DNA from: Anaeramoeba ignava BMAN
Taxonomy: Eukaryota; Protista; Anaeramoebae
DNA: 64,000 bases
Direction of reading: 5' to 3'
Assembly (NCBI GenBank): GCA_028826165.1
Contig: JAPDFW010000111.1
Coordinates: 62,001 to 126,000, forward strand
Shown here: positions 56,340 through 64,000 of the stretch, in pieces
Layout: the number at the start of each line of letters is the position of its first letter
Numbering within the stretch: the stretch's first letter is position 1
Notes under the pieces: model-generated
What the model saw: only the letters and a program-made list of their open reading frames with translations
Database searches by the model: none
Told to the model about the DNA's origin: nothing
Position numbers and translations under genes: made by a program

Positions 56340-59300
56340 ATGGATAATGATAATAATAATAACCAAATTGAAAATGCAAATCAAAATCAAAATGAAAATG
56401 AAATGAAAAATTTAGAAAAAAAAGTAACAAAAAATTTAATTAAAAATTATTCAAACCTTTTAAATGGAAATTCATTTAAAGATTTTTCAATTTTTGTTGA
56501 GAATAAATCAAATCCTTTTGAAATTAAAGTTCATAAATCAATTTTATCTTCAAGATCTCCTTTTTTTAATGAGTTTTTAAGGCAAGAATCTCTTTTTATT
56601 TCTTTAAATCAATTTAATAAAAAAGAAATGGAATCAATTTTGAGTTATATTTATTATGGAAATATTTCTTTTGAGAATCAAGAAAATCTTTTTCAATTAT
56701 TAGAAATTTCAATTTATTTTAAATTAAATTTATTGAAAAGAAATTATTCAAAAATTTTAAATTCAATTAATTATTCAAATTTTTCCAATTTTTATTCCAA
56801 AATCGAAATTTAAATTCAAATGAAATTGAAATAAAATGTTTTGAATTAATAAATCAAAATTTTTCCCAAATTCAGAATAATGAGAATTTATTCAATTTAA
56901 CTAAAGAAGAAATTATCAAATTTATTCAATTTAAACAAGAAAAAAAAGAAATTTTTCAATTTGATTTTTTTCAATTTTTAAATAATTGGATTAAAAAAAG
57001 AGTTAATTCATTAAGATTAAGGAAATTTAAGAACAAAATGAATGCAAAGAAAAGATTATTTCATTCTTTTTTTTCATTATTTGATAAAGATTCAATTTCA
57101 AAACAAGATTTTGATAAATTAAAACAATTTGAAATTTTTCTTCCAAATTCTTTTTTAATTCATTTTGAAAGAACTATTTTTCAAATTCAAGATCAAGAAA
57201 ATCAAACAAAAATCAAAGAAAAAGAAAAGGAGAATCAACAGATGAAAATTGAAATTGAAGAGAAATTGAAGAAAGAAAAAAAAGAAATTGAAGAGAAATT
57301 GAACAAAGAAATTGAAGATAAAAACAAGGAAATTGAAAACAAAGATGAAGAAAATCAAAATCTTAAATCTGAAAATGAAAAGAAAGATAAGATTCTCAAA
57401 CAAAAAGATGAAGAAATCCAAAATCTTAAATTATCATTTGAAAAAGAAATTGAAAAAGAAAATCAAATTCAAATTCAAATTGAAAATCAAAATCAAATTC
57501 AAAATCAAAATCAAAATCAAAATCAAAATCAAAATCAAAATCAAAATGAAAATGAAAATCAAAATGAAAATGAAAATGAAAATGAAAATGAAAATGAAAA
57601 TGAAAATCAAAATCAAAATCAAAATCAAAATCAAAATCAAAATGAATTGTTGAAGATTTTTTCAGATTCAGAAATTATTACAGAAGAAGAATATGTTAAG
57701 AAATTACAAGAATGGATAAATGATAATGAATTCTTTTCTAAAATGAAAAAAGGATTTTCAGCAAAAAGAGATGGATTTAATTCTCAAAATTGGCATAATA
57801 AAGTTGATGGGAAAGGAAAAACATTATTTATTATCAAAACAAAAGATAACTTTATTTTTGGAGGTTTTACTCAAGTTGGATGGACAAATGATAAATCAAA
57901 ATGGAGTGTTAAAGGAGGAAGTTATGGATTTATTAATGATCCAAATGCATTTATTTTTTCATTAAGAAATGATAAAGGGGATAGAAAACCAGATAAGTTT
58001 ACAATTAAAAAAGGAAAAGAAAAATATGCAATTAAATATGATTTAAATTGTGGTCCAAGTTTTGGATGTAAAAATAAATAATTTATATTTAATAAATATT
58101 TATTATTATAATTAAAATTAAATTAATAAATAATCCAAAATATTAATATAATCAATAATATTATTATTTCAATTTAAAATAAAATTAATTTTAAATTAAA
58201 TTATTATTAATTATTATTAAAATTAATTATTTATCTTTATTAAAATAGTGAGTAAATAATTTATATTTAATAAATTATAATTAAAATTAAATTAATAAAT
58301 AACCCAAAAATATTAATATAATAAATAATATTATTATTTCAATATAAAATAAAATTAATTTTAAATTAAATTATTATTAATTATTATTAAAATTAATTAT
58401 CTTTTATTAAAATAGATCGTAAATAATTTATATTTTAATAAATATTTATTATTATAATTAAAATTAAATTAATAAATAATCCAAAATATTAATATAATAA
58501 ATAATATTGTTATTTCAATTTAAAATAAAATTAATTTTAAATTTAATTATTATTAATTATTATTAAAATTAAATATTTATCTTTATTAAAATAAATAATT
58601 TATATTTAATAAATATTTATTATTATAATTAAAATTAAATTAATAAATAATCCAAAAATATTAATATAATAAATAATATTGTTATTTCAATATAAAATAA
58701 AATTAATTTTAAATTAAATTATTATTAATTATTATTAAAATTAATTAATTATCTTTATTAAAATAGTTGGTAAATAATTTATATTTAATAAATATTTATT
58801 ATTATAATTAAAAATTAAATTAATAAATAATCCAAAAAATATTAATATAATAAATAATATTATTATTTCAATTTAAAATAAAATAAATTTTAAATTAAAT
58901 TATTATTAATTATTATTAAAATTAATTATTTATCTTTATTAAAATAGGGGAGTAAATAATTTATATTCAATAAATATTTATTATTATAATTAAAATTAAA
59001 TTAATAAATAATCCAAAAATATTTATAATCAATATTATTTCAATTTTAAAATAAAATAAATTAAAAATTATTATTAAAATTAATTATTTATCTTTATTAA
59101 AATAGTTAGTAAATAATTTATATTTAATAAATATTTATTATTATAATTAAAATTAAAAATTAAATAACCCAAAAATATTAATATAAAAACAATAATTTTA
59201 AAATAAAATAAATTTTAAATTAAATTATTATTAATTCATTAAAATTAATTATTTATCTTTATTAAAATAGATTGTAAATAATTTATATTTAATAAATATT

Positions 59301-60340
59301 TATTATTATAATTAAAATTAAATTAATAAATAATCCAAAAATATTAATATAATAAATAATATTATTATTTCAATATAAAATAAAATTAATTTTAAATTAA
59401 ATTATTATTAATTATTATTAAAATTAATTACTTATCTTTTATTAAAATAGATGGTAAATAATTTATATTTAATAAATATTTATTATTATAATTAAAATTA
59501 AATTAATAAATAATCCAAAATAATATAATAAATAATATTATTATTTAAAATTTAAAATAAAAATAAATTTTTAAAATAAATTATTATTAATTATTATTAA
59601 AATTAATTATTTTATCTTTTATTAAAATAGTTGGTAAATAATTTATATTTAATAAATAATTATTATTATAATTAAAATTAAATTAATAAATAATCTAAAA
59701 TATTAATATAATAAAATAATATTATTATTTCAATTTAAAATAAAATTAATTTTAAATTAAATTATTATTAATTATTATTAAAATTAATTATTTATCTTTA
59801 TTAAAAATAGTTCGTAAATAATTTTATATTTAATAAATATTTATTATTATAATTAAAATTAAATTAATAAATAATCTAAAATATTAATATAATAAATAAT
59901 ATTATTATTTCAATTTAAAATAAAATTAATTTTAAATTAAAATTATTATTAATTATTATTAAAATTAATTAATTATATTTTATTAAAATAGCTCGTAAAT
60001 AATTTATATTTAATAAATAATTATTATTATAATTAAAATTAAATTAATAAATAATCTAAAATATTAATATAATAAATAATATTATTATTTCAATTTAAAA
60101 TAAAATTAATTTTAAATTAAATTATTATTAATTATTATTAAAATTAATTATTTATCTTTATTAAAATATTTATAGGTGATCTTCTGTTAAATTCTAAATT
60201 ACAATCTGGTTATTCAAATTTTGGTTTTACTTATAATCTACCTAATGGAATTAAATATGGAACAAATGAAGCTCAAAAGTTATTTAGCTGGTTCTTTTAA
60301 TAAATGGATTGTTGATGAACTTGAGACTTATTTCATTTAA
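56340..60340 (+). CDS. BTB-BACK-coiled coil-TLDc protein whose TLDc domain is interrupted by a microexon array
   Basis: BTB (KDFSIFV...IKVHKSILSSRSPFF); TLDc (FSAKRDGF...HNKVDGKGKTLFIIKTKDNFIFGGFT...AFIFSL...GPSFG); donor GT at 58068; last exon 60176-60340 (DLLLNSKLQSGYSNFGFTY...YLAGSFNKWIVDELETYFI). Single-base indels near 56740-56785 and 60278. Confidence 0.88.
58068..60175 (+). repeat. Array of about 12 near-identical ~175-bp GT...AG intron units separated by variable 3-nt exons
   Basis: Junction pattern aaaatAG-NNN-GTaaataat: TGA 58249, ATC 58416, none ~58592, TTG 58767, GGGA 58948, TTA 59106, ATT 59271, ATG 59451, TTG 59631, TTC 59811, CTC 59992. Confidence 0.93.
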
Positions 60341-60488
60341 AAACTTTTTTTTCATTTTTTTTTCAAAATTTAATTCAATTTTCATTTACTTTCAATCAAA
60401 TTAATTTCTTCAAATCAATAAATAAGGAAACAAATTTAATTTTAATTTAAAAATATTATTTAAAAGAAGAAATAATTGAAATTAAAAT

Positions 60489-61428
60489 TTATTTTTTTTC
60501 TTGAAGTAAATAATGGAATAATTGGAAAACAATTGGAAAAGGTTTTCCTTCATCAAGAGGATCAATTTGCATTCCTAAAAGAAAGGATAAAGAAGTAATA
60601 TTATGGATTAACATTTGGAAAGCATCAGGAAAAATTTGATTTGGAGAATTTTGAGATGAAAAAGAAGAATGTTTAATTGAATAGTCATCTTTTTTATTTT
60701 TATCTTTTTGGGAAGATTTAGCAAAAGGTTCTTCATAAATTTCTTGACAATTCATTTTATAAGGAAGACCCAAATCAAAAATTCTTGCCAAATTATTGAC
60801 CAAAATGACAAGAAATTGAAGCGCAATAATATTTTCAACACTATAATTTCCACTTAAATTTGAATTTGGAAATTTTAATAATTTTTCATCAATAATTGCA
60901 TATTCAATTTTGGATATTTGATAAATTGGAATAATTTCAAACAATTCTTTACAAAAACGAATTCTTTTTTGATATAAATTATCAGAAACTGTTGAATAAA
61001 GTTTTTCCAAATTTTCTTGTTGTAAATTTTGTGATTGATTGATATCATTCTAAAAAATTGAATTAAAAAATTGAATTAAAATTTATAATTTAAAAATTTG
61101 TTTTTATTTTATCAACTTTTTTAAATTGGATTTCTTGATCCATTTTTTGAATAAGTTTTTTTGTTTTTGTTAATAATTTCTGTTTTTTGTTTTCTTCTTG
61201 TTTTTTGATTTCTTCAATTTCTTTTTTTGCTTCTTCAATTCTATTAAGAAGATATTCTTTTCTTGTTTTAAATAAATGAATATTTTGTGATTTTTTTGTT
61301 TTTTTTGAATGTTCTTGAATTTTTTCTAATGCTTTTTTTCTTAATTCATTTGCTTCTTTTTTTAATTCTTTTAAATTTTGGAAATTAATTTGAACTTCTT
61401 CAAAATCATATTGATTTTGATTTATCAT
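60489..61428 (-). CDS. Atg14/UVRAG(Vps38)-like coiled-coil protein
   Basis: Two exons (61117-61428 and 60489-61049). Coiled coil, then ELFEIIPI...ALQFLVILVNNLARIFDLGLPYKM...AFQMLIHNITSL. Confidence 0.55.
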
Positions 61429-61545
61429 TTTATAATTGAAATAAAAATGAAAAATGAAAAATGAAAAAAATGAAAAAAATGAAAAATAATTTTTTCCGAT
61501 TTTTTATTTTTATTCTAAAAAAATAATTATTATTATTCTTTTTAT

Positions 61546-63790
<2,245 letters not shown>

Positions 63791-64000
63791 TATAATTTAA
63801 TTTTTAAAAAAAAATTATAAAAATAAAAATGGAAAAAGTTGTTTTGAAAATTTATTTTTTTTTGTTGATTTCAAAAAAAGAGAAAAATTTTTTTTAAGTT
63901 TTCCAATTCTTCTTTTTCTTCTTTTTTAATTTGAATTTAATTTTGATTTGATTTTAATTTTGATTTGATTTTAATTTTGATTTAATTTTGATTTAATATT

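Noticed and set aside
26856-57653. Many ILILIL/KIKIKI/FDFDF/NFNFN ORFs in the ORF track
   Set aside because: They are alternate-frame or antisense translations of simple repeats.
58068-60175. CRISPR-like repeat/spacer array
   Set aside because: Repeats are ~175 bp and the spacers only 3 nt, bounded by AG/GT inside a eukaryotic gene. No cas genes are present.
56730-60285. BTB-TLDc as a pseudogene or programmed frameshift
   Set aside because: The indels lie in A/T homopolymers like those elsewhere in the window. I cannot distinguish them from sequencing error, so I do not call it.

Overview
Extremely AT-rich, gene-dense eukaryotic (protist) nuclear DNA with GT-AG introns, simple-repeat-filled introns and N/Q/E low-complexity tracts. 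Several segments look garbled or carry homopolymer indels. Three inteins in nuclear housekeeping genes plus BTB-family genes suggest an Anaeramoeba-like metamonad (inference only). About 17 genes are recognisable: fimbrin (partial), Tim17-family, eIF4B/H-like, V-ATPase A (two inteins), p150Glued, condensin HEAT subunit, ankyrin-BTB, SANT protein, GLEBS-like protein, an unknown gene, myotubularin-like (one intein), XRN1, ERI1-like, another unknown gene, GRIP golgin, BTB-TLDc, Atg14/UVRAG-like and a Rab. The main novelty is invisible to the ORF track: single-codon (3-nt) microexons in two BTB genes. (1) A minus-strand ankyrin-BTB gene (18236-27431) has about 78 exons. Each ankyrin repeat is a ~96-nt exon and the two variable beta-hairpin residues (D/N-x-x-G) come from separate AG-NNN-GT exons (about 49 microexons by my count, all phase 0). 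(2) A BTB-TLDc gene has a 2.1-kb array of about 12 near-identical ~175-bp intron units separated by variable 3-nt exons (AG-NNN-GT). Each would insert a different, mostly aromatic-first, dipeptide into the TLDc GPxFG-xx-DL loop. This is a candidate Dscam-like single-codon diversification system. Splicing is predicted from sequence only and needs transcript data.
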